Origin: Candidatus Parcubacteria bacterium
Lineage (GTDB): Bacteria; Patescibacteriota; Minisyncoccia; Phycocordibacterales; Zambryskibacteraceae
DNA: 64,000 bases
Assembly: GCA_019658995.1 (NCBI GenBank)
Contig: JAIFWN010000002.1
Location: 29,262-93,261 of the forward strand
Direction: 5' to 3'
The position numbers and the translations under genes were made by a program. Positions 8,558 to 18,130 of this stretch are shown here, piece by piece (positions within the stretch are counted from its first letter, which is position 1; every line of letters starts with the position of its first letter). The notes below the pieces were generated by a model that saw nothing but the letters and a program-made list of their open reading frames with translations, was not told where the DNA came from and ran no database searches.

Positions 8558-9273
8558 ATGATTTTCGCTGGAGTATTCTTATAAATAATATTCAGGAGAT
8601 GCGGGCAGTCGAGTATCATGTCTTCCAGGTTACCTTTCTCCGGATAGTTCCATCCTATCATAGTCAAGTTCTGGCAGATTCCGTAATGGATAGCTGTCGA
8701 GGAGAACTTGGTGTTCGTAATAAGCCAGCCTTCGGAAAGTTTCCTGTCTCTGCCTCCATAGCTGAAAGTGTTTTCCTTAAGATCGTCGATGCGCGCCTTC
8801 ACATATAGAGCAACCTTGAGATCAGTCTTTGTGCCAAGTTCGTTATGAAATTTGGCTTCGACCATAATGAGCTTCTTATCATTCCACGCGACTACATCCA
8901 CTTCGTGCGGCACGCATCCGCCGAGAACCGTCTGGTCGGTAAGAGTCTCGAAACCCTGACCCTTAAGAACCTCTGCTATCAGATTCTCGAATGGAAATCC
9001 GGTCGGCCCCATCTCCATAAGCGCGCGGCGCAGACTGTACTTCTGAGCTACCGGCTTCTTCCAATCACTTAAAATTTTGAAGGCGTGGTTATAGATATCT
9101 TTGGTGGTCATGCCGTCCTTAAGCTCGTTCATCATGTGGGCCATTACGGCGGCCACGGCATCCTCATCCGCTCCGGCACGCAGGAGCGAAGCCCGCAATT
9201 TGGCGGGTTCGAAAGCTTCCCGCATTCCGCTCTCCTTCACTATTTCGATCTGCTTCTCGGCAGTGGCTAGCAT
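8554..9273 (-). CDS. ATP-cone domain protein fused to an Mrr-like (PD-(D/E)xK) restriction-endonuclease catalytic domain
   Basis: The N-terminal ~90 aa match the ATP-cone pattern (IEIVKESGMREAFEPAKLRASLLRAG…). The C-terminal half has an Mrr_cat-like FENLIAEVLKGQGFE…HEVDVVAW…IMVEAKFH motif. Confidence 0.6.
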   Translation of the reverse strand: MLATAEKQIEIVKESGMREAFEPAKLRASLLRAGADEDAVAAVMAHMMNELKDGMTTKDIYNHAFKILSDWKKPVAQKYSLRRALMEMGPTGFPFENLIAEVLKGQGFETLTDQTVLGGCVPHEVDVVAWNDKKLIMVEAKFHNELGTKTDLKVALYVKARIDDLKENTFSYGGRDRKLSEGWLITNTKFSSTAIHYGICQNLTMIGWNYPEKGNLEDMILDCPHLLNIIYKNTPAKII

Positions 9274-10347
9274 TTACCCAATTATACCACCACCCAAACA
9301 TGCCTCACCGTCGTAAAAAACTATGGATTGGCCCGGGGCGGCAGTTTGCGGGTGGCTGAATTCCACCTCTTTTTGATGCAGAATTACCGGAAATTTGTCC
9401 TGCCTGTATCTGATACGGGCTTCTAAGTGCTTGCTTTTGGGTTCTATAAGCCAGTTTGTATGTTCAAGACCGACTTTGCCAGGTAAGTATGAAGAAACCG
9501 TATGCGGATTATCAGAAACGATGACAGTATTCTTCACCACATCTTTGGCAACTACGAAATATGGCTTTGATTCCGGAGCCTTCTTGGTGATTTCCAGCCC
9601 ATGGCGCTCACCGATAGTGTAGAGCAATGCCCCATTATGCTTACCTATGACCTCGCCGTTTGTATCTAACACTTCACCAGGCTCAGTATGGATAAAGTGT
9701 GAGAGGAATTCCTCTATATCCACGTCTCCGAGGAAGCAGATACCCTGGCTGTCCTTCTTATCCGCTGTCGGTAAACCAAATTTCTTAGCTAGTTTACGCA
9801 CTTCTTCCTTATGCAAGTGTCCGACCGGAAAAAGCACATGCTCAAGGTCTCCCGGGGTCAAAGTCCAGAGGAAGTAGCTCTGATCCTTGTCTTTGTCTGT
9901 GCCTTCGAGTAATTTGCCATCGACATTACGGGCATAATGGCCTGTGGCGATGTAATTCGCACCCATCTCCTTAGCACTTTTCCAAAAAGCTCCGAACTTG
10001 ATTTCCTTGTTGCACATTACATCCGGGTTAGGCGTATGGCCCTTCCGATATTCTTCGATCATGTAATCCGCTACACCCCTTTTGTACTCGTCGGAAAAGT
10101 CAAAGAAAAGAAAAGGGATGTCGAGCCGTGCCGCCACTCTCATGGCATCTCTTCTCTCCTCTCTCCAAGTACAGGGTAAAAAGTCCGGTTGCCAGACCTT
10201 TATGAAAACCCCGGTGACATCGTAGCCCCGCTCTTTTAAGAGTGCCGCCGAGACGGCGCTGTCTACGCCCCCGGAGAGGCCGACGAATACCTTATCTTTA
10301 GAGATATTTCTGGATATTTCTTGTGTGCTCTTCAAGGGTCTTAGCAT
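9274..10347 (-). CDS. mnmA: tRNA-specific 2-thiouridylase MnmA
   Basis: The protein has the PP-loop VFVGLSGGVDSAV and conserved TGHYAR, YFL and GICF motifs. The ORF-track N-terminal extension to 10494 overlaps mltG and is probably spurious; the internal Met is used as the start. Confidence 0.85.
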   Translation of the reverse strand: MLRPLKSTQEISRNISKDKVFVGLSGGVDSAVSAALLKERGYDVTGVFIKVWQPDFLPCTWREERRDAMRVAARLDIPFLFFDFSDEYKRGVADYMIEEYRKGHTPNPDVMCNKEIKFGAFWKSAKEMGANYIATGHYARNVDGKLLEGTDKDKDQSYFLWTLTPGDLEHVLFPVGHLHKEEVRKLAKKFGLPTADKKDSQGICFLGDVDIEEFLSHFIHTEPGEVLDTNGEVIGKHNGALLYTIGERHGLEITKKAPESKPYFVVAKDVVKNTVIVSDNPHTVSSYLPGKVGLEHTNWLIEPKSKHLEARIRYRQDKFPVILHQKEVEFSHPQTAAPGQSIVFYDGEACLGGGIIG

Positions 10348-11182
10348 AGTGGGTATTGCCTTCTTTGTCACTGAGGAAGTAGAGGTATGGAGAAGTTTCG
10401 GGATTTGCAGCGGCTTTGATGGATACAAGGCCCGGGTTGTTGATGGGTTTTGGAGGCAGGCCCGCTGTCCTGTAAGTATCAGGCGCAGCATCAACCTGGA
10501 GAGGCATACCTATGGAAATGCGCTTCCAGAGAATGCCGGAGACAAGCCTTTTATCCCTCTCTGTCTGGACTTCGGCCTCTATGACGGAGGCCATCCTGAT
10601 GATTTCATCCTTCGAGCGTTTGGAGTCCGAGATTTCTTTCTCTAAAGTTGCGATTTTTTTATCGAAGTTGCTTTGCATAAGCTCTATGACAGATCCAGCT
10701 GTAGCGTTTATTTGTATGAAATAAGTATCCGGGAACATGTACCCCTCGGGTGCAAGGGATTTAAAGATATCCTTATCGAAGAACGGAAACCTTTCGTCGA
10801 AAAGAGGTGCAATCTCGCTGACTTTGTATCCCTCGGGTATCGTGACCTTTACCAGAGTCAGATCGTGAGAGCCTCTGACCATTCTCCAGGCTAAAGTTAC
10901 AGCATTTTGGGGCTTTCTCAGATTATAGTCGCCCGCCTGTACACCCCTCTCTCCTCCCATGGTGATAACTGCGGCACGGAACCACAAAGCCGAGCGCACG
11001 ACATTTTGCTTTTCGAGCTCGTGAGAGAGCGCCGCGAGGCTGGCACCCTTTTTAATCGTTATGATATTCCCTGCTGGAAAATATCTGGGAGCGGCAAACG
11101 CCAGGACAAAACACAAATTAAACAAAAAAAGCCCCCCGAATACGTATAGCCTCCAGTCCCGCAAAGTTTCCTTCCAAGTCAT
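10298..11182 (-). CDS. mltG: endolytic murein transglycosylase MltG (YceG-like)
   Basis: The protein has an N-terminal TM helix followed by a YceG domain (…TIPEGYKVSEIAPLF…VIEAEV…YLYF…). The start is taken at the internal Met MTWKETL. Confidence 0.8.
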   Translation of the reverse strand: MTWKETLRDWRLYVFGGLFLFNLCFVLAFAAPRYFPAGNIITIKKGASLAALSHELEKQNVVRSALWFRAAVITMGGERGVQAGDYNLRKPQNAVTLAWRMVRGSHDLTLVKVTIPEGYKVSEIAPLFDERFPFFDKDIFKSLAPEGYMFPDTYFIQINATAGSVIELMQSNFDKKIATLEKEISDSKRSKDEIIRMASVIEAEVQTERDKRLVSGILWKRISIGMPLQVDAAPDTYRTAGLPPKPINNPGLVSIKAAANPETSPYLYFLSDKEGNTHYAKTLEEHTRNIQKYL

Positions 11183-11183
11183 A

Positions 11184-12425
11184 TCAAATGGGCAAGTTAG
11201 CCGGCGCCTCGGCCTTCTTCGAAGGTATACGCTGAAGTGTCGGCGTAGCCGCAACCCCACCCGGGAAGTGGAAAATGGTAGCCAGCTCCTCGGTAGTTAG
11301 AATGAACGGCTTGCCGTTGAAATTTTTGAACGGCGGAGCGAAGAAGGATCGCCTCTTGTAGGCTTCGAGAAGCTGCCTCTCTCTCTGGGCTTTTTCTTTG
11401 CCGAAAGGATCCTGCCACGGGTATTCGAAAGACGCGCTAAAACCGGGCTTGAAACCGTTCAGGGCGCCGGAACCGAACTGGGACATACTGCCTATGAGCC
11501 CTCCGATATTGGTAGGACTGTAGACTTCCTTGTCAGCAAAGTAAGTTGCCCGAATCATTGTATCGAAGGCAGTCTTACCTGTAGTGCGTTCGATAGCAGA
11601 TATCACGTCCTTTTGACCCTGGCTCAAGTGTTTCGTAGAGTCTACCGTCTTGTCGTCCTTATCCTTGAGAATGCCTTCCTTCAAAATTTTCTTGATCTCC
11701 TTTTTTACATTATCTCTCCAGTCTGGTTTCGTAATGATTCTTCCGAGTTTCAGTCCCTCCTTGGTGTGCGCCCGTATGAGTATCTGTATCCAGGCTTGCT
11801 CCCCCTTCCTCATAGAACCCAGGAACTCAAGAACAGCCACAAGAGGATCGTTCTTGAACTCCTCCTTTGGATCCTTATCGAGTCCGTAATCCACATATGT
11901 CTTAATGGGATACGGATCCGGTTTGGTGAGAGCAAATTGCCCGAACCAGCCGAAAGTTATCTTTTCCGGATCCCTATGCACACCGAGCGAATAATCGGAT
12001 GCCTCATGTATTTCTATATTTGGGAACTGGGCATAGAGCTGAGCCTCCACCCTTCTCCTGTATCCCTCGTGACACCAGATGAAGAAGTGCACAGAACCTC
12101 CGATCGAAACCAGCTCGAGAGAGAACCACGGGCGCATTGCTCCCTCTACATACACCTTGATAAGACTCCCGGAGATCGGGTTATAAAGAGTGTTCAAAAA
12201 GAGTTCCATGGCCTGAGGTGATTTACTCATTTCCCGCGGAAGTTTGATCTCAAGGAGCACGCTACCCTGTTTGCGTACCCACTCGCGCCGCTTGAGCTCT
12301 ATCCAGATATCAAAAAGAAAGCCCACCACAAAGGCTGTTATCCAGAGAGGCGAGGTCACCCTGGCAATGTGAAGGAAGTTGCGTACGAACTCAGTATCGA
12401 AAGAGGCAGAGAGCGCATCTAGCAT
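11184..12425 (-). CDS. hypothetical protein with an N-terminal TM helix
   Basis: The 413-aa ORF is tightly packed with its neighbours and has no recognisable catalytic motif. Confidence 0.6.
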   Translation of the reverse strand: MLDALSASFDTEFVRNFLHIARVTSPLWITAFVVGFLFDIWIELKRREWVRKQGSVLLEIKLPREMSKSPQAMELFLNTLYNPISGSLIKVYVEGAMRPWFSLELVSIGGSVHFFIWCHEGYRRRVEAQLYAQFPNIEIHEASDYSLGVHRDPEKITFGWFGQFALTKPDPYPIKTYVDYGLDKDPKEEFKNDPLVAVLEFLGSMRKGEQAWIQILIRAHTKEGLKLGRIITKPDWRDNVKKEIKKILKEGILKDKDDKTVDSTKHLSQGQKDVISAIERTTGKTAFDTMIRATYFADKEVYSPTNIGGLIGSMSQFGSGALNGFKPGFSASFEYPWQDPFGKEKAQRERQLLEAYKRRSFFAPPFKNFNGKPFILTTEELATIFHFPGGVAATPTLQRIPSKKAEAPANLPI

Positions 12426-12464
12426 CTATTTATATTAGCACGCCCGCCTGCGCAGGCAGGAATC

Positions 12465-13523
12465 CTAGACGGCGTGGTAGCGTCCGGAAGGATCCTTCTT
12501 AAAATATTTTGGATTCTGAAGGTTAACCATAATGGTGTTTTCCTTGACGTAACGCTCCTTCAGCACTTTTTTGATCACCTCGTCCTTAGTTAAAGGGCCC
12601 TCCTTCTCCAGAATTTTCTTGATCACGTCTTTGACCACACCGGACATGTAACCCCATTCGGCAAGAGCATAAAGTCCGCGACCGACGAGGACGAAACGCG
12701 GATCCTTTATAAGCTCGTTGTGAGTAGTTGCTACGTGGGCCTTCTTATCAAAATACTGGGAAATTGCCTTAGCCACCTCCTTAAAATGTATAGGTGAGCC
12801 ATGTTTTCTTATGACCAGAAAAGCATAGTCACGCATGCCTTTGGCATTGACGTTAGGCGAAGTGGCACGTCCCCACTCTCCCAGAGGATTCTTGCCAATC
12901 TTGTTCGATATTGAGAGCCAACGCTTGATGACCTCCTCGTTCTTGTACTTGTCATTCAGATCCTTTACCTCTTCGAGGAAGTCATCTATGAGGTCGCTCT
13001 CGAGCACCAGCTCATCATCGGAAAGTTTGGAATAAAGCTTGCGAAGGGCTCCCTGTATGCGCTTGGCGAGCTCCGGATCGACATGCCAGCGGTGCTTGAA
13101 CTCCTCGTCCTCCTTCTCGCGTATAAACTCCTCACCGATAACCAGGAGAAAGTTCAAATGATTCTGGGTGGACTGGTCTTTGGACAAATGCTTGAGGAGA
13201 TCCTTTTCCGAAACAATGCCCCCGAGCTCAAGCACCAGGGCCTTAAGCTCGTCGAACACCGGGCGGAGATCCTTATACTCCTTAGATTTCCTTATGATTG
13301 TGAGAGAGTGGTTCTCTATCTGCCGTACACGCTCGCGGGTAATCTCGTATTTCTTGCCGATGGCATCCAGAGTCATCCTTGTGGCTTTAACGCCGAGGCC
13401 GTATCTGTTTTCGATTACATCTTGACCGCGTTTGGAGAGGACGGAAAGCAGGCGCTTCGTGACCGCCTTAGGTTTGAAACTAAGTGTGAACTTATCACTC
13501 ATGACTTCTGCTATTTCTATCAC
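12465..13523 (-). CDS. sigma-70 region 4 HTH fused to a HARE-HTH (RpoE/delta-like) domain protein
   Basis: The N-terminus has LSKRGQDVIENRYGLGVKATRMTLDAIGKKYEITRERVRQIENHSL, a canonical sigma-70 region 4. The C-terminus has HFKEVAKAISQYF…DPRFVLVGRGLYALAEWGY, a HARE-HTH signature. Confidence 0.65.
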   Translation of the reverse strand: MIEIAEVMSDKFTLSFKPKAVTKRLLSVLSKRGQDVIENRYGLGVKATRMTLDAIGKKYEITRERVRQIENHSLTIIRKSKEYKDLRPVFDELKALVLELGGIVSEKDLLKHLSKDQSTQNHLNFLLVIGEEFIREKEDEEFKHRWHVDPELAKRIQGALRKLYSKLSDDELVLESDLIDDFLEEVKDLNDKYKNEEVIKRWLSISNKIGKNPLGEWGRATSPNVNAKGMRDYAFLVIRKHGSPIHFKEVAKAISQYFDKKAHVATTHNELIKDPRFVLVGRGLYALAEWGYMSGVVKDVIKKILEKEGPLTKDEVIKKVLKERYVKENTIMVNLQNPKYFKKDPSGRYHAV

Positions 13524-13549
13524 CCCCCGCTATCCATGTCAAGTACTAG

Positions 13550-16288
13550 TCAAGAAACGACAAAGTTGATGATTTTACCCGGCACTATAATAACTTTTTT
13601 GACTTCCCTATTCTCAAGCCACTTGCTAACTTCTGGCAGATCTTTTGTTAATTTCTCGAGCTCATCTTTAGAAATTTCCTTAGGGACAGTCAAGCTTGCG
13701 CGTACCTTGCCGTTTACCTGTATAGCTACTGTGATTTCATCCCTTATCAGTTTAGATTCATCATATTTGGGCCAGATTTCCTTCTGTAACGAAGATCGGT
13801 GGCCAAGTATCTCCCAGAGTTCCTCGGTAATGTGGGGAGCGAATGGTGAGAGTACAAGTAAAAAGTTTTGAAATTCCTCCATGGATATCTTCTCTTTCTT
13901 CTCGAGCAAGTTGGCCCAGACCATCATCGCTGAAACTGCGGTGTTGAAACCCATACTTTCTATGTCTTCGGACACTTTTTTTATAGTTGAATGCATTGCT
14001 TGCTCGTCTGAGACCCCGCCGAGCTTGTCCTGCAGCCTCCAAACACGCTCCAGAAATCTTCTCGGACCTACAAGCGCGTCATCGTTCCATTGAATCGCCT
14101 GCTCGAACGGGCCCATGAACATCTCATAGAGCCGCAGGGTATCGGCGCCGAAACGGTCTATTATCGAATCGGGATTAACTACATTACCCTTAGATTTGCT
14201 CATCTTGTCCCCCTGAGGCGCTAGTATTACTCCTTGAGAGGTACGCTTTTTATAAGGTTCGCTCGTGGGCACGAGACCGAGATCGAATAAGAACTTATTC
14301 CAGAAACGGGAGTACAGAAGATGGAGCGTGGTGTGTTCCATGCCACCGTTATACCAATCAATAGGCATCCAATGTTTAAGTTTACTCTTTGATGCAAACT
14401 CCTGGTCATTTTTCGGATCCGTATAACGGTAGAAATACCATGAAGAACCAGCCCAATTTGGCATGACGTCCGTCTCTCTTTTGGCTTCGCCACTACATTT
14501 AGGACACTTAATATTTACCCACTCCTCCACATTGGCCAGAGGTGACTCGCCGGTATCGGTAGGTTGGTACTTGTCTATCTTAGGCAGTTCTACGGGTAAA
14601 TCCTTCTCTGGAACTGCCACGTAACCACACTTCTCGCAATGTATTATTGGTATCGGCTCGCCCCAGTACCGCTGGCGGGAAAAAATCCAGTCGCGGAGTT
14701 TGTATCGAGTCACCTTTTTGCCAAACTTCTCGGCGATCTTCAGTCGTGCTTCATCGATTGGCATACCATCGAACTCACCGGAATTCATGAGGAAGCCGAT
14801 CTCTTCGAACTTACCACCCTCGGTCGAGCCAGCTGCGGCGTATAAGTTATTGCCCCGGGATCTGTTCCAGGCCAGACGCATATCCGGATTGGTTATGAAA
14901 GATTCCATCTCTTCAGGAGTCAGCCAGAAGAGTCGGTGGAGCTTGCGCTCTTCTTCCGCGACATTTGCCATGTCACCATCTTTTAATTTGTATAGAACTG
15001 GTTCGAAGTGGGCAAAGCGATTCACGTTCTTCTCAGTTTGGAAGAATTGGGCATGGATCTTACCAGGTATTACCTTCATGATCTCCGGATTTTTGTATCC
15101 CGTCTCTTCCACTATCTCGCGCAGACCGGCATCAGCCGCGCTCTCACCCTCTTCGATACCCCCGATACTGAAACCTCTCCAGCCGGTGGTACCCCAATCT
15201 ACTCCGAGATATTTGTCCTCTGACCAGTGCTTGATAATTGAAACTACGGCGCGACGCTCCTTTACCGGCACATCGGTGCGAAACCCGTCCTTGCCGCCGA
15301 TCTTTCTCACCAACGGTTCGATAACTTCTTTAAGCGGCAAAACGTGTTTCCTAGCAAACTCGTAGTCTCGCTCGTCGTGCGCGGGCACGCCCATAATAGC
15401 TCCTGTGCCGTAGTCGGCCATCACATACTCAGATTCCCAGACTGGGATTTTTTCTTTCGTAGCCGGATTGGTCACATATTGGCCGGTAAACCTGTCTTCC
15501 TTCCCCGCCTTAACGATAAAAGTAGCTCCGAAGATCGTGTCCGGTCTCGTGGTAAAGACCTCGATATCATCAAACTTAACTAAAGCCCCTTCGCTCCTTC
15601 CTATCCAGTTTCTCTGCTGAGCCTTAACGCTCTCCGGATAATCCACATCATCCAGATCCTTCAAAAGTCTCTCGGCATATTTGGTAATAGCGAGCATCCA
15701 CTGCTCCTTCTCGCGCTTTTCCACTACCGTGCCGCAACGTTCGCAGCGACCATCGACCACCTCCTCATTTGCGAGCACTATTTTATCTTTAGGACACCAG
15801 TTCACCTCCGTCTTGGCCTTGTACGCCAAACCTTTTTCGAAAAACTTCAGGAATATCCACTGCGTCCACTTGTAATACTTGGGATCAGTCGTGTTTACCT
15901 CGCGCGACCAATCGAAGGACAAGCCGAGTGACTTCATCTGCTTCCGGAAGTTGTCAGTATTCTCTTTTGTGATCTCCGCGGGTTGGCGTCCGGTCTTAAT
16001 AGCGTAGTTTTCCGTCGGCAGACCGAAGGCGTCCCAGCCTATCGGATATAGAACGTTATAGCCCTGCATACGTCGCTTGCGCGAGACTATATCTAAAGCG
16101 GTGTAGCTTCGTACATGGCCCACATGCAACCCGTCTCCGGAGGGATACGGGAACTCGATAAGCGAATACCACTTAGGCTTCTTACCGAGAATTGGGAAAG
16201 GGCTCGGATCTTTGGCTTCAAATGCCTTTTCCTCCTCCCATTTCCTCTGCCACTTCTGCTCTATCTCTTTAGGTTCATATTCTCTCAT
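13550..16288 (-). CDS. leuS: leucine--tRNA ligase with an inserted Nudix hydrolase domain
   Basis: The protein has HVGHVRSY (HIGH), TTRPDT and GTGAIMGVPAHDERDYEFA (CP1 editing), NSGEFDG and KMSKS motifs. An insertion of about 170 aa between the AHD and NSGEF motifs contains a perfect Nudix box, GGIEEGESAADAGLREIVEETGY. Confidence 0.9.
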   Translation of the reverse strand: MREYEPKEIEQKWQRKWEEEKAFEAKDPSPFPILGKKPKWYSLIEFPYPSGDGLHVGHVRSYTALDIVSRKRRMQGYNVLYPIGWDAFGLPTENYAIKTGRQPAEITKENTDNFRKQMKSLGLSFDWSREVNTTDPKYYKWTQWIFLKFFEKGLAYKAKTEVNWCPKDKIVLANEEVVDGRCERCGTVVEKREKEQWMLAITKYAERLLKDLDDVDYPESVKAQQRNWIGRSEGALVKFDDIEVFTTRPDTIFGATFIVKAGKEDRFTGQYVTNPATKEKIPVWESEYVMADYGTGAIMGVPAHDERDYEFARKHVLPLKEVIEPLVRKIGGKDGFRTDVPVKERRAVVSIIKHWSEDKYLGVDWGTTGWRGFSIGGIEEGESAADAGLREIVEETGYKNPEIMKVIPGKIHAQFFQTEKNVNRFAHFEPVLYKLKDGDMANVAEEERKLHRLFWLTPEEMESFITNPDMRLAWNRSRGNNLYAAAGSTEGGKFEEIGFLMNSGEFDGMPIDEARLKIAEKFGKKVTRYKLRDWIFSRQRYWGEPIPIIHCEKCGYVAVPEKDLPVELPKIDKYQPTDTGESPLANVEEWVNIKCPKCSGEAKRETDVMPNWAGSSWYFYRYTDPKNDQEFASKSKLKHWMPIDWYNGGMEHTTLHLLYSRFWNKFLFDLGLVPTSEPYKKRTSQGVILAPQGDKMSKSKGNVVNPDSIIDRFGADTLRLYEMFMGPFEQAIQWNDDALVGPRRFLERVWRLQDKLGGVSDEQAMHSTIKKVSEDIESMGFNTAVSAMMVWANLLEKKEKISMEEFQNFLLVLSPFAPHITEELWEILGHRSSLQKEIWPKYDESKLIRDEITVAIQVNGKVRASLTVPKEISKDELEKLTKDLPEVSKWLENREVKKVIIVPGKIINFVVS
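14806..15316 (-). other. Nudix hydrolase domain inserted inside leuS (Nudix box at about 15095..15163)
   Basis: The consensus GX5EX7REUXEEXGU is matched exactly by G-GIEEG-E-SAADAGL-RE-I-V-EE-T-G-Y. The reading frame was verified on the DNA at 15095-15178. Confidence 0.8.
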
Positions 16289-16294
16289 CGGAGA

Positions 16295-17257
16295 TTATCT
16301 CTTGATCGGAGGATAGAAGTCGGGATCGATAGTGCGATCATAGCAATAGTGCCCAGCCGGGTGCGCCCAGTTATTCTGGCCCTTCATCATCGCCGGTTCG
16401 GAAGACATTGTTGCGCGGAAAGGCATCATTGGATAAACACCGCCGCCGTAGTTTATATTCTCGGGAGTTTCGCGGTCGAAATAAGCACAGAGCTTGAAGG
16501 AGAGATTCCCGGTTTTCTGATATTCGTAAGGTAAGCCAGAAGCCGGGTCGGAAGGAATATTCCAACCGGAGAGCTCGTTTTTGGCCAGATCGTCCATGCT
16601 TACGGGCAAAGCTTCTTTCTGCTGCCAGTAGCTTATAACTTGCCACTGGATATTCTCGAGATGCATTACTCTGTCGGAGTCGCGACGGTATGCTCTCTGC
16701 GTTGCTGGCGAGCCAAGGACGACGAATCCGGCAATTATCGAACCTGCCACAAGCACAGTGGCGAGGATCCTCCAGGCCATTCTGTTTCGTGCAGTCAGCT
16801 TATTCCAGAGATCCTGCAGATAGTAAACAAAGACGGTGCCGGCGACGACCAGCACTGCGAGAACCTTAAGCAGAAAGCCGGTAGTGATCTCCTGTCCGTC
16901 AAGGAACTGGTAAACCAGAGTAATGAGATCTATAGCTACGGCGATGCCGGCGAAGAAGAGGGTTACATACACGAGCCACTTGCGGAGTGCCGCATCACGG
17001 AGCGAAGGATCGCTCTGATAGCTTCTTTGCACCAGCCAGGAGAGGACGATGAAGAGCGGAAAGACGATAATCAGGGTTGCTACCGGGAGGCTTATGGGGC
17101 TCGAGACGTAGTAGTACGAGGCGTACTCGGGCATCCTCGGAAATGCGGTATCAATGATTCTGAATAAGAGATTTATAAGTGCAATGGCTCCTGCATAAAG
17201 TGCAGCCAGAGCTCCAATCTGCAAAAAGAAATCCTTGGCGGTGATTTTGGTATTCAT
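16295..17257 (-). CDS. hypothetical integral membrane protein with multiple TM helices
   Basis: The 320-aa ORF has at least five hydrophobic helices and a hydrophilic C-terminal domain. Confidence 0.6.
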   Translation of the reverse strand: MNTKITAKDFFLQIGALAALYAGAIALINLLFRIIDTAFPRMPEYASYYYVSSPISLPVATLIIVFPLFIVLSWLVQRSYQSDPSLRDAALRKWLVYVTLFFAGIAVAIDLITLVYQFLDGQEITTGFLLKVLAVLVVAGTVFVYYLQDLWNKLTARNRMAWRILATVLVAGSIIAGFVVLGSPATQRAYRRDSDRVMHLENIQWQVISYWQQKEALPVSMDDLAKNELSGWNIPSDPASGLPYEYQKTGNLSFKLCAYFDRETPENINYGGGVYPMMPFRATMSSEPAMMKGQNNWAHPAGHYCYDRTIDPDFYPPIKR

Positions 17258-17264
17258 AGGTCTA

Positions 17265-18081
17265 TTATATCAAAAACTCGACTACGTCGCCGTCTTGCAC
17301 GATATACTCTTTGCCTTCCGTACGTACCCAGCCTTTGGCCTTAGCAGCGGGATATGATCCGGCTTCCAGAAGTTTGTCGTAGTGTATTACTTCTGCCCGT
17401 ATAAACTTCTCCATGAAGTCCGTGTGGATCGATTTGGCTGCGAATGGTGCAGTGGCTCCACGCTTCCCTGGTCCAGGCTCTAGACTCCTTCTCCCCCGTA
17501 GTGAAGAAAGTGATGAGATTTAGGAGGTCGTAGCTGGCTTGTACGAGTTTATCGAGACCCGTGCCGAAGATCGGATCTATTTCTATATACGGTCCTGGGA
17601 TCTTGTCTAAAATTTCCCTGTGGTTGTCCGCCGCTTCGGAAGTGTTCACTACATAGAGTATGGGCTTGTCGATGCCGGCAGCCTTGAGCTCCATATTGAT
17701 AATCTCGATATCGAAGAGCGGATCGACTTTGTCGTACACATGAATGATGTCTTTGTCTTCAAAAATTCTGACTACTTCTATAATTGCGTCGACTTCTCGG
17801 ATATGAGAGAGGAATTTGTTACCCAGGCCCGCCCCCTCACTTGCTCCTTTAACTAAGCCAGCAATGTCGACGAATTCGACTACGGCTGGGATAGTCTTCT
17901 TCGATTTGCTCATGGCCGAAAGCTTATCCAGGCGCTCGTCCGGCACAGGCACGATACCGACAGACGGATCTATGGTGCAGAAGGGGTAATTCTCCGCCGG
18001 CACGCTCTTCTTGGTAAGCGCATTGAAGAGCGTGCTCTTCCCAACATTCGGCAATCCTACGATACCAATTGACAGAGACAT
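17265..18081 (-). pseudogene. ychF: ribosome-binding ATPase YchF (short CPR-type), interrupted by a frameshift near 17466
   Basis: The N-terminus has [18 protein letters not shown] and the protein runs through …[13 protein letters not shown]. The conserved C-terminus ([34 protein letters not shown]…KGWVRTEGKEYIVQDGDVVEF*) continues in a different frame and ends at 17265. The ORF track confirms that the annotated frame ends in nonsense sequence. Confidence 0.7.
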
Positions 18082-18130
18082 ATTGAATCAGTATTGTAGC
18101 GAAAGAAAACAACAACCACAAGGATGTCTC

